Assembly (NCBI GenBank): GCA_964057225.1
Contig: OZ059900.1
Location: 20,212,001 to 20,276,000, forward strand
Reading direction: 5' to 3'
Length of the DNA: 64,000 nucleotides
Source of the DNA: Auanema rhodensis
Lineage: Eukaryota > Animalia > Nematoda
The translations under genes were made by a program, and so were the position numbers. The notes below the pieces were generated by a model that worked only from the letters and a program-made list of their open reading frames with translations, did not search any database and had not been told where the DNA came from. This document shows positions 41,901 to 57,200 of this stretch, one piece after another; the first letter of the stretch is position 1, and every line of letters starts with the position of its first letter.

Positions 41901-44900
41901 GCCCCTTATGGCTAATATTGATTAAATCGATTTTTGTTCATATGAGTCGTCAAATGCAACGAATTTCAGCGTGTTACATACTAAAATGAAGCATTTTACA
42001 TGCTGAACACTAGAAAAATACAAAAACACAGTATTTCCCATGAGAAATATTTTATTATGCTGGAAAACCAGTTTTTGGAAATTTTGCTGTAAACAAGGTT
42101 TTGACTTACGATTTCATGTGTTCAAACTCATGCAATGTCAATGAAACCTAACTCAAAATTGTTCCTACAACGTCTAGTTCCACTTTCACGACAAAAAAAC
42201 AGGGGTTAGAAAATTAAGGAAATTAGCATATTCTGAGGGCACGCCCCTTATGGCTAATATTGATTAAATCGATTTTTGTTCATATGAGTCGTCAAATGCA
42301 ACGAATTTCAGCGTGTTACATACTAAAATGAAGCATTTTACATGCTGAACACTAGAAAAATACAAAAACACAGTATTTCCCATGAGAAATATTTTATTAT
42401 GCTGGAAAACCAGTTTTTGGAAATTTCGCTGTAAACAAGGTTTTGACTTACGATTTCATGTGTTCAAACTCATGCAATGTCAATGAAACCTAGCTCAAAA
42501 TTGTTCGTACAACGTCTAGTTCCACTTTCACGACAAAAAAACAGGGGTTAGAAAATTAAGGAAATTAGCATATTCTGAGGGCACGCCCCTTATGGCTAAT
42601 ATTGATTAAATCGATTTTTGTTCATATGAGTCGTCAAATGCAACGAATTTCAGCGTGTTACATACTAAAATGAAGCATTTTACATGCTGAACACTAGAAA
42701 AATACAAAAACACAGTATTTCCCATGAGAAATATTTTATTATGCTGGAAAACCAGTTTTTGGAAATTTCGCTGTAAACAAGGTTTTGACTTACGATTTCA
42801 TGTGTTCAAACTCATGCAATGTCAATGAAACCTAGCTCAAAATTGTTCGTACAACGTCTAGTTCCACTTTCACGACAAAAAAACAGGGGGTAGAAAATTA
42901 GGGAAATTAGCATATTCTGAGGGCACGCCCCTTATGGCTAATATTGATTAAATCGATTTTTGTTCATATGAGTCGTCAAATGCAACGAATTTCAGCGTGT
43001 TACATACTAAAATGAAGAATTTTACATGCTGAACACTAGAAAAATACAAAAACACAGTATTTCCCATGAGAAATATTTTATTATGCTGGAAAACCAGTTT
43101 TTGGAAATTTCGCTGTAAACAAGGTTTTGACTTACGATTTCATGTGTTCAAACTCATGCAATGTCAATGAAACCTAGCTCAAAATTGTTCGTACAACGTC
43201 TAGTTCCACTTTCACGACAAAAAAACAGGGGTTAGAAAATTAAGGAAATTAGCATATTCTGAGGGCACGCCCCTTATGGCTAATATTGATTAAATCGATT
43301 TTTGTTCATATGAGTCGTCAAATGCAACGAATTTCAGCGTGTTACATACTAAAATGAAGCAATTTACATGCTGAACACTAGAAAAATACAAAAACACAGT
43401 ATTTCCCATGAGAAATATTTTATTATGCTGGAAAACCAGTTTTTGGAAATTTCGCTGTAAACAAGGTTTTGACTTACGATTTCATGTGTTCAAACTCATG
43501 CAATGTCAATGAAACCTAGCTCAAAATTGTTCGTACAACGTCTAGTTCCACTTTCACGACAAAAAAACAGGGGTTAGAAAATTAAGGAAATTAGCATATT
43601 CTGAGGGCACGCCCCTTATGGCTAATATTGATTAAATCGATTTTTGTTCATATGATTCGTCAAATGCAACGAATTTCAGCGTGTTACATACTAAAATGAA
43701 GCATTTTACATGCTGAACACTAGAAAAATACAAAAACACAGTATTTCCCATGAGAAATATTTTATTATGCTGGAAAACCAGTTTTTGGAAATTTCGCTGT
43801 AAACAAGGTTTTGACTTACGATTTCATGTGTTCAAACTCATGCAATGTCAATGAAACCTAGCTCAAAATTGTTCGTACAACGTCTAGTTCCACTTTCACG
43901 ACAAAAAAACAGGGGTTAGAAAATTAGGGAAATTAGCATATTCTGAGGGCACGCCCCTTATGGCTAATATTGATTAAATCGATTTTTGTTCATATGAGTC
44001 GTCAAATGCAACGAATTTCAGCGTGTTACATACTAAAATGAAGCAATTTACATGCTGAACACTAGAAAAATACAAAAACACAGTATTTCCCATGAGAAAT
44101 ATTTTATTATGCTGGAAAACCAGTTTTTGGAAATTTCGCTGTAAACAAGGTTTTGACTTACGATTTCATGTGTTCAAACTCATGCAATGTCAATGAAACC
44201 TAGCTCAAAATTGTTCGTACAACGTCTAGTTCCACTTTCACGACAAAAAAACAGGGGTTAGAAAATTAAGGAAATTAGCATATTCTGAGGGCACGCCCCT
44301 TATGGCTAATATTGATTAAATCGATTTTTGTTCATATGAGTCGTCAAATGCAACGAATTTCAGCGTGTTACATACTAAAATGAAGCATTTTACATGCTGA
44401 ACACTAGAAAAATACAAAAACACAGTATTTCCCATGAGAAATATTTTATTATGCTGGAAAACCAGTTTTTGGAAATTTCGCTGTAAACAAGGTTTTGACT
44501 TACGATTTCATGTGTTCAAACTCATGCAATGTCAATGAAACCTAGCTCAAAATTGTTCGTACAACGTCTAGTTCCACTTTCACGACAAAAAAACAGGGGT
44601 TAGAAAATTAAGGAAATTAGCATATTCTGAGGGCACGCCCCTTATGGCTAATATTGATTAAATCGATTTTTGTTCATATGAGTCGTCAAATGCAACGAAT
44701 TTCAGCGTGTTACATACTAAAATGAAGCATTTTACATGCTGAACACTAGAAAAATACAAAAACACAGTATTTCCCATGAGAAATATTTTATTATGCTGGA
44801 AAACCAGTTTTTGGAAATTTTGCTGTAAACAAGGTTTTGACTTACGATTTCATGTGTTCAAACTCATGCAATGTCAATGAAACCTAGCTCAAAATTGTTC

Positions 44901-47900
44901 GTACAACGTCTAGTTCCACTTTCACGACAAAAAAACAGGGGTTAGAAAATTAAGGAAATTAGCATATTCTGAGGGCACGCCCCTTATGGCTAATATTGAT
45001 TAAATCGATTTTTGTTCATATGAGTCGTCAAATGCAACGAATTTCAGCGTGTTACATACTAAAATGAAGCAATTTACATGCTGAACACTAGAAAAATACA
45101 AAAACACAGTATTTCCCATGAGAAATATTTTATTATGCTGGAAAACCAGTTTTTGGATATTTCGCTGTAAACAAGGTTTTGACTTACGATTTCATGTGTT
45201 CAAACTCATGCAATGTCAATGAAACCTAGCTCAAAATTGTTCGTACAACGTCTAGTTCCACTTTCACGACAAAAAAACAGGGGTTAGAAAATTAGGGAAA
45301 TTAGCATATTCTGAGGGCACGCCCCTTATGGCTAATATTGATTAAATCGATTTTTGTTCATATGAGTCGTCAAATGCAACGAATTTCAGCGTGTTACATA
45401 CTAAAATGAAGCATTTTACATGCTGAACACTAGAAAAATACAAAAACACAGTATTTCCCATGAGAAATATTTTATTATGCTGGAAAACCAGTTTTTGGAA
45501 ATTTCGCTGTAAACAAGGTTTTGACTTACGATTTCATGTGTTCAAACTCATGCAATGTCAATGAAACCTAGCTCAAAATTGTTCGTACAACGTCTAGTTC
45601 CACTTTCACGACAAAAAAACAGGGGTTAGAAAATTAAGGAAATTAGCATATTCTGAGGGCACGCCCCTTATGGCTAATATTGATTAAATCGATTTTTGTT
45701 CATATGAGTCGTCAAATGCAACGAATTTCAGCATGTTACATACTAAAATGAAGCATTTTACATGCTGAACACTAGAAAAATACAAAAACACAGTATTTCC
45801 CATGAGAAATATTTTATTATGCTGGAAAACCAGTTTTTGGAAATTTCGCTGTAAACAAGGTTTTGACTTACGATTTCATGTGTTCAAACTCATGCAATGT
45901 CAATGAAACCTAGCTCAAAATTGTTCGTACAACGTCTAGTTCCACTTTCACGACAAAAAAACAGGGGGTAGAAAATTAGGGAAATTAGCATATTCTGAGG
46001 GCACGCCCCTTATGGCTAATATTGATTAAATCGATTTTTGTTCATATGAGTCGTCAAATGCAACTAATTTCAGCGTGTTACATACTAAAATGAAGCATTT
46101 TACATGCTGAACACTAGAAAAATACAAAAACACAGTATTTCCCATGAGAAATATTTTATTATGCTGGAAAACCAGTTTTTGGAAATTTCGCTGTAAACAA
46201 GGTTTTGACTTACGATTTCATGTGTTCAAACTCATGCAATGTCAATGAAACCTAGCTCAAAATTGTTCGTACAACGTCTAGTTCCACTTTCACGACAAAA
46301 AAACAGGGGTTAGAAAATTAAGGAAATTAGCATATTCTGAGGGCACGCCCCTTATGGCTAATATTGATTAAATCGATTTTTGTTCATATGAGTCGTCAAA
46401 TGCAACGAATTTCAGCGTGTTACATACTAAAATGAAGCAATTTACATGCTGAACACTAGAAAAATACAAAAACACAGTATTTCCCATGAGAAATATTTTA
46501 TTATGCTGGAAAACCAGTTTTTGGAAATTTCGCTGTAAACAAGGTTTTGACTTACGATTTCATGTGTTCAAACTCATGCAATGTCAATGAAACCTAGCTC
46601 AAAATTGTTCGTACAACGTCTAGTTCCACTTTCACGACAAAAAAACAGGGGTTAGAAAATTAAGGAAATTAGCATATTCTGAGGGCACGCCCCTTATGGC
46701 TAATATTGATTAAATCGATTTTTGTTCATATGAGTCGTCAAATGCAACGAATTTCAGCGTGTTACATACTAAAATGAAGCATTTTACATGCTGAACACTA
46801 GAAAAATACAAAAACACAGTATTTCCCATGAGAAATATTTTATTATGCTGGAAAACCAGTTTTTGGAAATTTCGCTGTAAACAAGGTTTTGACTTACGAT
46901 TTCATGTGTTCAAACTCATGCAATGTCAATGAAACCTAGCTCAAAATTGTTCGTACAACGTCTAGTTCCACTTTCACGACAAAAAAACAGGGGTTAGAAA
47001 ATTAAGGAAATTAGCATATTCTGAGGGCACGCCCCTTATGGCTAATATTGATTAAATCGATTTTTGTTCATATGAGTCGTCAAATGCAACGAATTTCAGC
47101 GTGTTACATACTAAAATGAAGCATTTTACATGCTGAACACTAGAAAAATACAAAAACACAGTATTTCCCATGAGAAATATTTTATTATGCTGGAAAACCA
47201 GTTTTTGGAAATTTTGCTGTAAACAAGGTTTTGACTTACGATTTCATGTGTTCAAACTCATGCAATGTCAATGAAACCTAGCTCAAAATTGTTCGTACAA
47301 CGTCTAGTTCCACTTTCACGACAAAAAAACAGGGGTTAGAAAATTAAGGAAATTAGCATATTCTGAGGGCACGCCCCTTATGGCTAATATTGATTAAATC
47401 GATTTTTGTTCATATGAGTCGTCAAATGCAACGAATTTCAGCGTGTTACATACTAAAATGAAGCAATTTACATGCTGAACACTAGAAAAATACAAAAACA
47501 CAGTATTTCCCATGAGAAATATTTTATTATGCTGGAAAACCAGTTTTTGGAAATTTCGCTGTAAACAAGGTTTTGACTTACGATTTCATGTGTTCAAACT
47601 CATGCAATGTCAATGAAACCTAGCTCAAAATTGTTCGTACAACGTCTAGTTCCACTTTCACGACAAAAAAACAGGGGTTAGAAAATTAGGGAAATTAGCA
47701 TATTCTGAGGGCACGCCCCTTATGGCTAATATTGATTAAATCGATTTTTGTTCATATGAGTCGTCAAATGCAACGAATTTCAGCGTGTTACATACTTAAA
47801 TGAAGCACTTTACATGCTGAACACTAGAAAAATACAAAAACACAGTATTTCCCATGAGAAATATTTTATTATGCTGGAAAACCAGTTTTTGGAAATTTCG

Positions 47901-50900
47901 CTGTAAACAAGGTTTTGACTTACGATTTCATGTGTTCAAACTCATGCAATGTCAATGAAACCTAGCTCAAAATTGTTCGTACAACGTCTAGTTCCACTTT
48001 CACGACAAAAAAACAGGGTTTAGAAAATTAAGGAAATTAGCATATTGTGAGGGCACGCCCCTTATGGCTAATATTGATTAAATCGATTTTTGTTCATATG
48101 AGTCGTCAAATGCAACGAATTTCAGCGTGTTACATACTAAAATGAAGCATTTTACATGCTGAACACTAGAAAAATACAAAAACACAGTATTTCCCATGAG
48201 AAATATTTTATTATGCTGGAAAACCAGTTTTTGGAAATTTCGCTGTAAACAAGGTTTTGACTTACGATTTCATGTGTTCAAACTCATGCAATGTCAATGA
48301 AACCTAGCTCAAAATTGTTCGTACAACGTCTAGTTCCACTTTCACGACAAAAAAACAGGGGTTAGAAAATTAAGGAAATTAGCATATTCTGAGGGCACGC
48401 CCCTTATGGCTAATATTGATTAAATCGATTTTTGTTCATATGAGTCGTCAAATGCAACGAATTTCAGCGTGTTACATACTAAAATGAAGCATTTTACATG
48501 CTGAACACTAGAAAAATACAAAAACACAGTATTTCCCATGAGAAATATTTTATTATGCTGGAAAACCAGTTTTTGGAAATTTCGCTGTAAACAAGGTTTT
48601 GACTTACGATTTCATGTGTTCAAACTCATGCAATGTCAATGAAACCTAGCTCAAAATTGTTCGTACAACGTCTAGTTCCACTTTCACGACAAAAAAACAG
48701 GGGGTAGAAAATTAGGGAAATTAGCATATTCTGAGGGCACGCCCCTTATGGCTAATATTGATTAAATCGATTTTTGTTCATATGAGTCGTCAAATGCAAC
48801 TAATTTCAGCGTGTTACATACTAAAATGAAGCATTTTACATGCTGAACACTAGAAAAATACAAAAACACAGTATTTCCCATGAGAAATATTTTATTATGC
48901 TGGAAAACCAGTTTTTGGAAATTTCGCTGTAAACAAGGTTTTGACTTACGATTTCATGTGTTCAAACTCATGCAATGTCAATGAAACCTAGCTCAAAATT
49001 GTTCGTACAACGTCTAGTTCCACTTTCACGACAAAAAAACAGGGGTTAGAAAATTAAGGAAATTAGCATATTCTGAGGGCACGCCCCTTATGGCTAATAT
49101 TGATTAAATCGATTTTTGTTCATATGAGTCGTCAAATGCAACGAATTTCAGCGTGTTACATACTAAAATGAAGCAATTTACATGCTGAACACTAGAAAAA
49201 TACAAAAACACAGTATTTCCCATGAGAAATATTTTATTATGCTGGAAAACCAGTTTTTGGAAATTTCGCTGTAAACAAGGTTTTGACTTACGATTTCATG
49301 TGTTCAAACTCATGCAATGTCAATGAAACCTAGCTCAAAATTGTTCGTACAACGTCTAGTTCCACTTTCACGACAAAAAAACAGGGGTTAGAAAATTAAG
49401 GAAATTAGCATATTCTGAGGGCACGCCCCTTATGGCTAATATTGATTAAATCGATTTTTGTTCATATGAGTCGTCAAATGCAACGAATTTCAGCGTGTTA
49501 CATACTAAAATGAAGCATTTTACATGCTGAACACTAGAAAAATACAAAAACACAGTATTTCCCATGAGAAATATTTTATTATGCTGGAAAACCAGTTTTT
49601 GGAAATTTCGCTGTAAACAAGGTTTTGACTTACGATTTCATGTGTTCAAACTCATGCAATGTCAATGAAACCTAGCTCAAAATTGTTCGTACAACGTCTA
49701 GTTCCACTTTCACGACAAAAAAACAGGGGGTAGAAAATTAGGGAAATTAGCATATTCTGAGGGCACGCCCCTTATGGCTAATATTGATTAAATCGATTTT
49801 TGTTCATATGAGTCGTCAAATGCAACTAATTTCAGCGTGTTACATACTAAAATGAAGCATTTTACATGCTGAACACTAGAAAAATACAAAAACACAGTAT
49901 TTCCCATGAGAAATATTTTATTATGCTGGAAAACCAGTTTTTGGAAATTTCGCTGTAAACAAGGTTTTGACTTACGATTTCATGTGTTCAAACTCATGCA
50001 ATGTCAATGAAACCTAGCTCAAAATTGTTCGTACAACGTCTAGTTCCACTTTCACGACAAAAAAACAGGGGGTAGAAAATTAGGGAAATTAGCATATTCT
50101 GAGGGCACGCCCCTTATGGCTAATATTGATTAAATCGATTTTTGTTCATATGAGTCGTCAAATGCAACGAATTTCAGCGTGTTACATACTAAAATGAAGC
50201 ATTTTACATGCTGAACACTAAAAAAATACAAAAACACAGTATTTCTCTTGAGAAATATTTTATTATGCTGGAAAACCAGTTTTTGGAAATTTCGCTGTAA
50301 ACAAGGTTTTGACTTACGATTTCATGTGTTCAAACTCATGCAATGTCAATGAAACCTAGCTCAAAATTGTTCGTACAACGTCTAGTTCCACTTTCACGAC
50401 AAAAAAACAGGGGGTAGAAAATTAGGGAAATTAGCATATTCTGAGGGCACGCCCCTTATGGCTAGTATTGATTAAATCGATTTTTGTTCATATGAGTCGT
50501 CAAATGCAACGAATTTCAGCGTGTTACATACTAAAATGAAGCATTTTACATGCTGAACACTAGAAAAATACAAAAACACAGTATTTCCCATGAGAAATAT
50601 TTTATTATGCTGGAAAACCAGTTTTTGGAAATTTCGCTGTAAACAAGGTTTTGACTTACGATTTCATGTGTTCAAACTCATGCAATGTCAATGAAACCTA
50701 GCTCAAAATTGTTCGTACAACGTCTAGTTCCACTTTCACGACAAAAAAACAGGGGTTAGAAAATTAGGGAAATTAGCATATTCTGAGGGCACGCCCCTTA
50801 TGGCTAATATTGATTAAATCGATTTTTGTTCATATGAGTCGTCAAATGCAACGAATTTCAGCGTGTTACATACTAAAATGAAGCATTTTACATGCTGAAC

Positions 50901-51239
50901 ACTAGAAAAATACAAAAACACAGTATTTCCCATGAGAAATATTTTATTATGCTGGAAAACCAGTTTTTGGAAATTTCGCTGTAAACAAGGTTTTGACTTA
51001 CGATTTCATGTGTTCAAACTCATGCAATGTCAATGAAACCTAGCTCAAAATTGTTCGTACAACGTCTAGTTCCACTTTCTCGACAAAAAAACAGGGTTTA
51101 GAAAATTAAGGAAATTAGCATATTGTGAGGGCACGCCCCTCATGGCTAATATTGATTAAATCGATTTTTGTTCATATGAGTCGTCAAATGCAACGAATTT
51201 CAGCGTGTTACATACTAAAATGAAGCATTTTACATGCTG

Positions 51240-54200
51240 AACACTAAAAAAATACAAAAACACAGTATTTCTCTTGAGAAATATTTTATTATGCTGGAAA
51301 ACCAGTTTTTGGAAATTTCGCTGTAAACAAGGTTTTGACTTACGATTTCATGTGTTCAAACTCATGCAATGTCAATGAAACCTAGCTCAAAATTGTTCGT
51401 ACAACGTCTAGTTCCACTTTCACGACAAAAAAACAGGGGGTAGAAAATTAGGGAAATTAGCATATTCTGAGGGCACGCCCCTTATGGCTAGTATTGATTA
51501 AATCGATTTTTGTTCATATGAGTCGTCAAATGCAACGAATTTCAGCGTGTTACATACTAAAATGAAGCATTTTACATGCTGAACACTAGAAAAATACAAA
51601 AACACAGTATTTCCCATGAGAAATATTTTATTATGCTGGAAAACCAGTTTTTGGAAATTTCGCTGTAAACAAGGTTTTGACTTACGATTTCATGTGTTCA
51701 AACTCATGCAATGTCAATGAAACCTAGCTCAAAATTGTTCGTACAACGTCTAGTTCCACTTTCACGACAAAAAAACAGGGGTTAGAAAATTAGGGAAATT
51801 AGCATATTCTGAGGGCACGCCCCTTATGGCTAATATTGATTAAATCGATTTTTGTTCATATGAGTCGTCAAATGCAACGAATTTCAGCGTGTTACATACT
51901 AAAATGAAGCATTTTACATGCTGAACACTAGAAAAATACAAAAACACAGTATTTCCCATGAGAAATATTTTATTATGCTGGAAAACCAGTTTTTGGAAAT
52001 TTCGCTGTAAACAAGGTTTTGACTTACGATTTCATGTGTTCAAACTCATGCAATGTCAATGAAACCTAGCTCAAAATTGTTCGTACAACGTCTAGTTCCA
52101 CTTTCTCGACAAAAAAACAGGGTTTAGAAAATTAAGGAAATTAGCATATTGTGAGGGCACGCCCCTCATGGCTAATATTGATTAAATCGATTTTTGTTCA
52201 TATGAGTCGTCAAATGCAACGAATTTCAGCGTGTTACATACTAAAATGAAGCAATTTACATGCTGAACACTAGAAAAATACAAAAACACAGTATTTCCCA
52301 TGAGAAATATTTTATTATGCTGGAAAACCAGTTTTTGGAAATTTCGCTGTAAACAAGGTTTTGACTTACGATTTCATGTGTTCAAACTCATGCAATGTCA
52401 ATGAAACCTAGCTCAAAATTGTTCGTACAACGTCTAGTTCCACTTTCACGACAAAAAAACAGGGGTTAGAAAATTAGGGAAATTAGCATATTCTGAGGGC
52501 ACGCCCCTTATGGCTAATATTGATTAAATCGATTTTTGTTCATATGAGTCGTCAAATGCAACGAATTTCAGCGTGTTACATACTAAAATGAAGCATTTTA
52601 CATGCTGAACACTAGAAAAATACAAAAACACAGTATTTCCCATGAGAAATATTTTATTATGCTGGAAAACCAGTTTTTGGAAATTTCGCTGTAAACAAGG
52701 TTTTGACTTACGATTTCATGTGTTCAAACTCATGCAATGTCAATGAAACCTAGCTCAAAATTGTTCGTACAACGTCTAGTTCCACTTTCACGACAAAAAA
52801 ACAGGGGTTAGAAAATTAAGGAAATTAGCATATTCTGAGGGCACGCCCCTTATGGCTAATATTGATTAAATCGATTTTTGTTCATATGAGTCGTCAAATG
52901 CAACGAATTTCAGCGTGTTACATACTAAAATGAAGCATTTTACATGCTGAACACTAGAAAAATACAAAAACACAGTATTTCCCATGAGAAATATTTTATT
53001 ATGCTGGAAAACCAGTTTTTGGAAATTTCGCTGTAAACAAGGTTTTGACTTACGATTTCATGTGTTCAAACTCATGCAATGTCAATGAAACCTAGCTCAA
53101 AATTGTTCGTACAACGTCTAGTTGCACTTTCACGACAAAAAAACAGGGGTTAGAAAATTAAGGAAATTAGCATATTCTGAGGGCACGCCCCTTATGGCTA
53201 ATATTGATTAAATCGATTTTTGTTCATATGAGTCGTCAAATGCAACGAATTTCAGCGTGTTACATACTAAAATGAAGCATTTTACATGCTGAACACTAGA
53301 AAAATACAAAAACACAGTATTTCCCATGAGAAATATTTTATTATGCTGGAAAACCAGTTTTTGGAAATTTCGCTGTAAACAAGGTTTTGACTTACGATTT
53401 CATGTGTTCAAACTCATGCAATGTCAATGAAACCTAGCTCAAAATTGTTCGTACAACGTCTAGTTCCACTTTCACGACAAAAAAACAAGGGTTAGAAAAT
53501 TAGGGAAATTAGCATATTCTGAGGGCACGCCCCTTATGGCTAATATTGATTAAATCGATTTTTGTTCATATGAGTCGTCAAATGCAACGAATTTCAGCGT
53601 GTTACATACTAAAATGAAGCATTTTACATGCTGAACACTAAAAAAATACAAAAACACAGTATTTCTCTTGAGAAATATTTTATTATGCTGGAAAACCAGT
53701 TTTTGGAAATTTCGCTGTAAACAAGGTTTTGACTTACGATTTCATGTGTTCAAACTCATGCAATGTCAATGAAACCTAGCTCAAAATTGTTCGTACAACG
53801 TCTAGTTCCACTTTCACGACAAAAAAACAGGGGGTAGAAAATTAGGGAAATTAGCATATTCTGAGGGCACGCCCCTTATGGCTAGTATTGATTAAATCGA
53901 TTTTTGTTCATATGAGTCGTCAAATGCAACGAATTTCAGCGTGTTACATTCTAAAATGAAGCATTTTACATGCTGAACACTAGAAAAATACAAAAACACA
54001 GTATTTCCCATGAGAAATATTTTATTATGCTGGAAAACCAGTTTTTGGAAATTTCGCTGTAAACAAGGTTTTGACTTACGATTTCATGTGTTCAAACTCA
54101 TGCAATGTCAATGAAACCTAGCTCAAAATTGTTCGTACAACGTCTAGTTCCACTTTCACGACAAAAAAACAGGGGTTAGAAAATTAGGGAAATTAGCATA

Positions 54201-57200
54201 TTCTGAGGGCACGCCCCTTATGGCTAATATTGATTAAATCGATTTTTGTTCATATGAGTCGTCAAATGCAACGAATTTCAGCGTGTTACATACTAAAATG
54301 AAGCATTTTACATGCTGAACACTAGAAAAATACAAAAACACAGTATTTCCCATGAGAAATATTTTATTATGCTGGAAAACCAGTTTTTGGAAATTTCGCT
54401 GTAAACAAGGTTTTGACTTACGATTTCATGTGTTCAAACTCATGCAATGTCAATGAAACCTAGCTCAAAATTGTTCGTACAACGTCTAGTTCCACTTTCA
54501 CGACAAAAAAACAGGGGTTAGAAAATTAAGGAAATTAGCATATTCTGAGGGCACGCCCCTTATGGCTAATATTGATTAAATCGATTTTTGTTCATATGAG
54601 TCGTCAAATGCAACGAATTTCAGCGTGTTACATACTAAAATGAAGCAATTTACATGCTGAACACTAGAAAAATACAAAAACACAGTATTTCCCATGAGAA
54701 ATATTTTATTATGCTGGAAAACCAGTTTTTGGAAATTTCGCTGTAAACAAGGTTTTGACTTACGATTTCATGTGTTCAAACTCATGCAATGTCAATGAAA
54801 CCTAGCTCAAAATTGTTCGTACAACGTCTAGTTCCACTTTCACGACAAAAAAACAGGGGTTAGAAAATTAGGGAAATTAGCATATTCTGAGGGCACGCCC
54901 CTTATGGCTAATATTGATTAAATCGATTTTTGTTCATATGAGTCGTCAAATGCAACGAATTTCAGCGTGTTACATACTAAAATGAAGCATTTTACATGCT
55001 GAACACTAGAAAAATACAAAAACACAGTATTTCCCATGAGAAATATTTTATTATGCTGGAAAACCAGTTTTTGGAAATTTCGCTGTAAACAAGGTTTTGA
55101 CTTACGATTTCATGTGTTCAAACTCATGCAATGTCAATGAAACCTAGCTCAAAATTGTTCGTACAACGTCTAGTTCCACTTTCACGACAAAAAAACAGGG
55201 GTTAGAAAATTAAGGAAATTAGCATATTCTGAGGGCACGCCCCTTATGGCTAATATTGATTAAATCGATTTTTGTTCATATGAGTCGTCAAATGCAACGA
55301 ATTTCAGCGTGTTACATACTAAAATGAAGCATTTTACATGCTGAACACTAGAAAAATACAAAAACACAGTATTTCCCATGAGAAATATTTTATTATGCTG
55401 GAAAACCAGTTTTTGGAAATTTCGCTGTAAACAAGGTTTTGACTTACGATTTCATGTGTTCAAACTCATGCAATGTCAATGAAACCTAGCTCAAAATTGT
55501 TCGTACAACGTCTAGTTGCACTTTCACGACAAAAAAACAGGGGTTAGAAAATTAAGGAAATTAGCATATTCTGAGGGCACGCCCCTTATGGCTAATATTG
55601 ATTAAATCGATTTTTGTTCATATGAGTCGTCAAATGCAACGAATTTCAGCGTGTTACATACTAAAATGAAGCATTTTACATGCTGAACACTAGAAAAATA
55701 CAAAAACACAGTATTTCCCATGAGAAATATTTTATTATGCTGGAAAACCAGTTTTTGGAAATTTCGCTGTAAACAAGGTTTTGACTTACGATTTCATGTG
55801 TTCAAACTCATGCAATGTCAATGAAACCTAGCTCAAAATTGTTCGTACAACGTCTAGTTCCACTTTCACGACAAAAAAACAAGGGTTAGAAAATTAGGGA
55901 AATTAGCATATTCTGAGGGCACGCCCCTTATGGCTAATATTGATTAAATCGATTTTTGTTCATATGAGTCGTCAAATGCAACGAATTTCAGCGTGTTACA
56001 TACTAAAATGAAGCATTTTACATGCTGAACACTAAAAAAATACAAAAACACAGTATTTCTCTTGAGAAATATTTTATTATGCTGGAAAACCAGTTTTTGG
56101 AAATTTCGCTGTAAACAAGGTTTTGACTTACGATTTCATGTGTTCAAACTCATGCAATGTCAATGAAACCTAGCTCAAAATTGTTCGTACAACGTCTAGT
56201 TCCACTTTCTCGACAAAAAAACAGGGTTTAGAAAATTAAGGAAATTAGCATATTGTGAGGGCACGCCCCTCATGGCTAATATTAATTAAATCGATTTTTG
56301 TTCATATGAGTCGTCAAATGCAACGAATTTCAGCGTGTTACATACTAAAATGAAGCATTTTACATGCTGAACACTAAAAAAATACAAAAACACAGTATTT
56401 CTCTTGAGAAATATTTTATTATGCTGGAAAACCAGTTTTTGGAAATTTCGCTGTAAACAAGGTTTTGACTTACGATTTCATGTGTTCAAACTCATGCAAT
56501 GTCAATGAAACCTAGCTCAAAATTGTTCGTACAACGTCTAGTTCCACTTTCACGACAAAAAAACAGGGGGTAGAAAATTAGGGAAATTAGCATATTCTGA
56601 GGGCACGCCCCTTATGGCTAGTATTGATTAAATCGATTTTTGTTCATATGAGTCGTCAAATGCAACGAATTTCAGCGTGTTACATACTAAAATGAAGCAT
56701 TTTACATGCTGAACACTAGAAAAATACAAAAACACAGTATTTCCCATGAGAAATATTTTATTATGCTGGAAAACCAGTTTTTGGAAATTTCGCTGTAAAC
56801 AAGGTTTTGACTTACGATTTCATGTGTTCAAACTCATGCAATGTCAATGAAACCTAGCTCAAAATTGTTCGTACAACGTCTAGTTCCACTTTCACGACAA
56901 AAAAACAGGGGTTAGAAAATTAGGGAAATTAGCATATTCTGAGGGCACGCCCCTTATGGCTAATATTGATTAAATCGATTTTTGTTCATATGAGTCGTCA
57001 AATGCAACGAATTTCAGCGTGTTACATACTAAAATGAAGCATTTTACATGCTGAACACTAGAAAAATACAAAAACACAGTATTTCCCATGAGAAATATTT
57101 TATTATGCTGGAAAACCAGTTTTTGGAAATTTCGCTGTAAACAAGGTTTTGACTTACGATTTCATGTGTTCAAACTCATGCAATGTCAATGAAACCTAGC

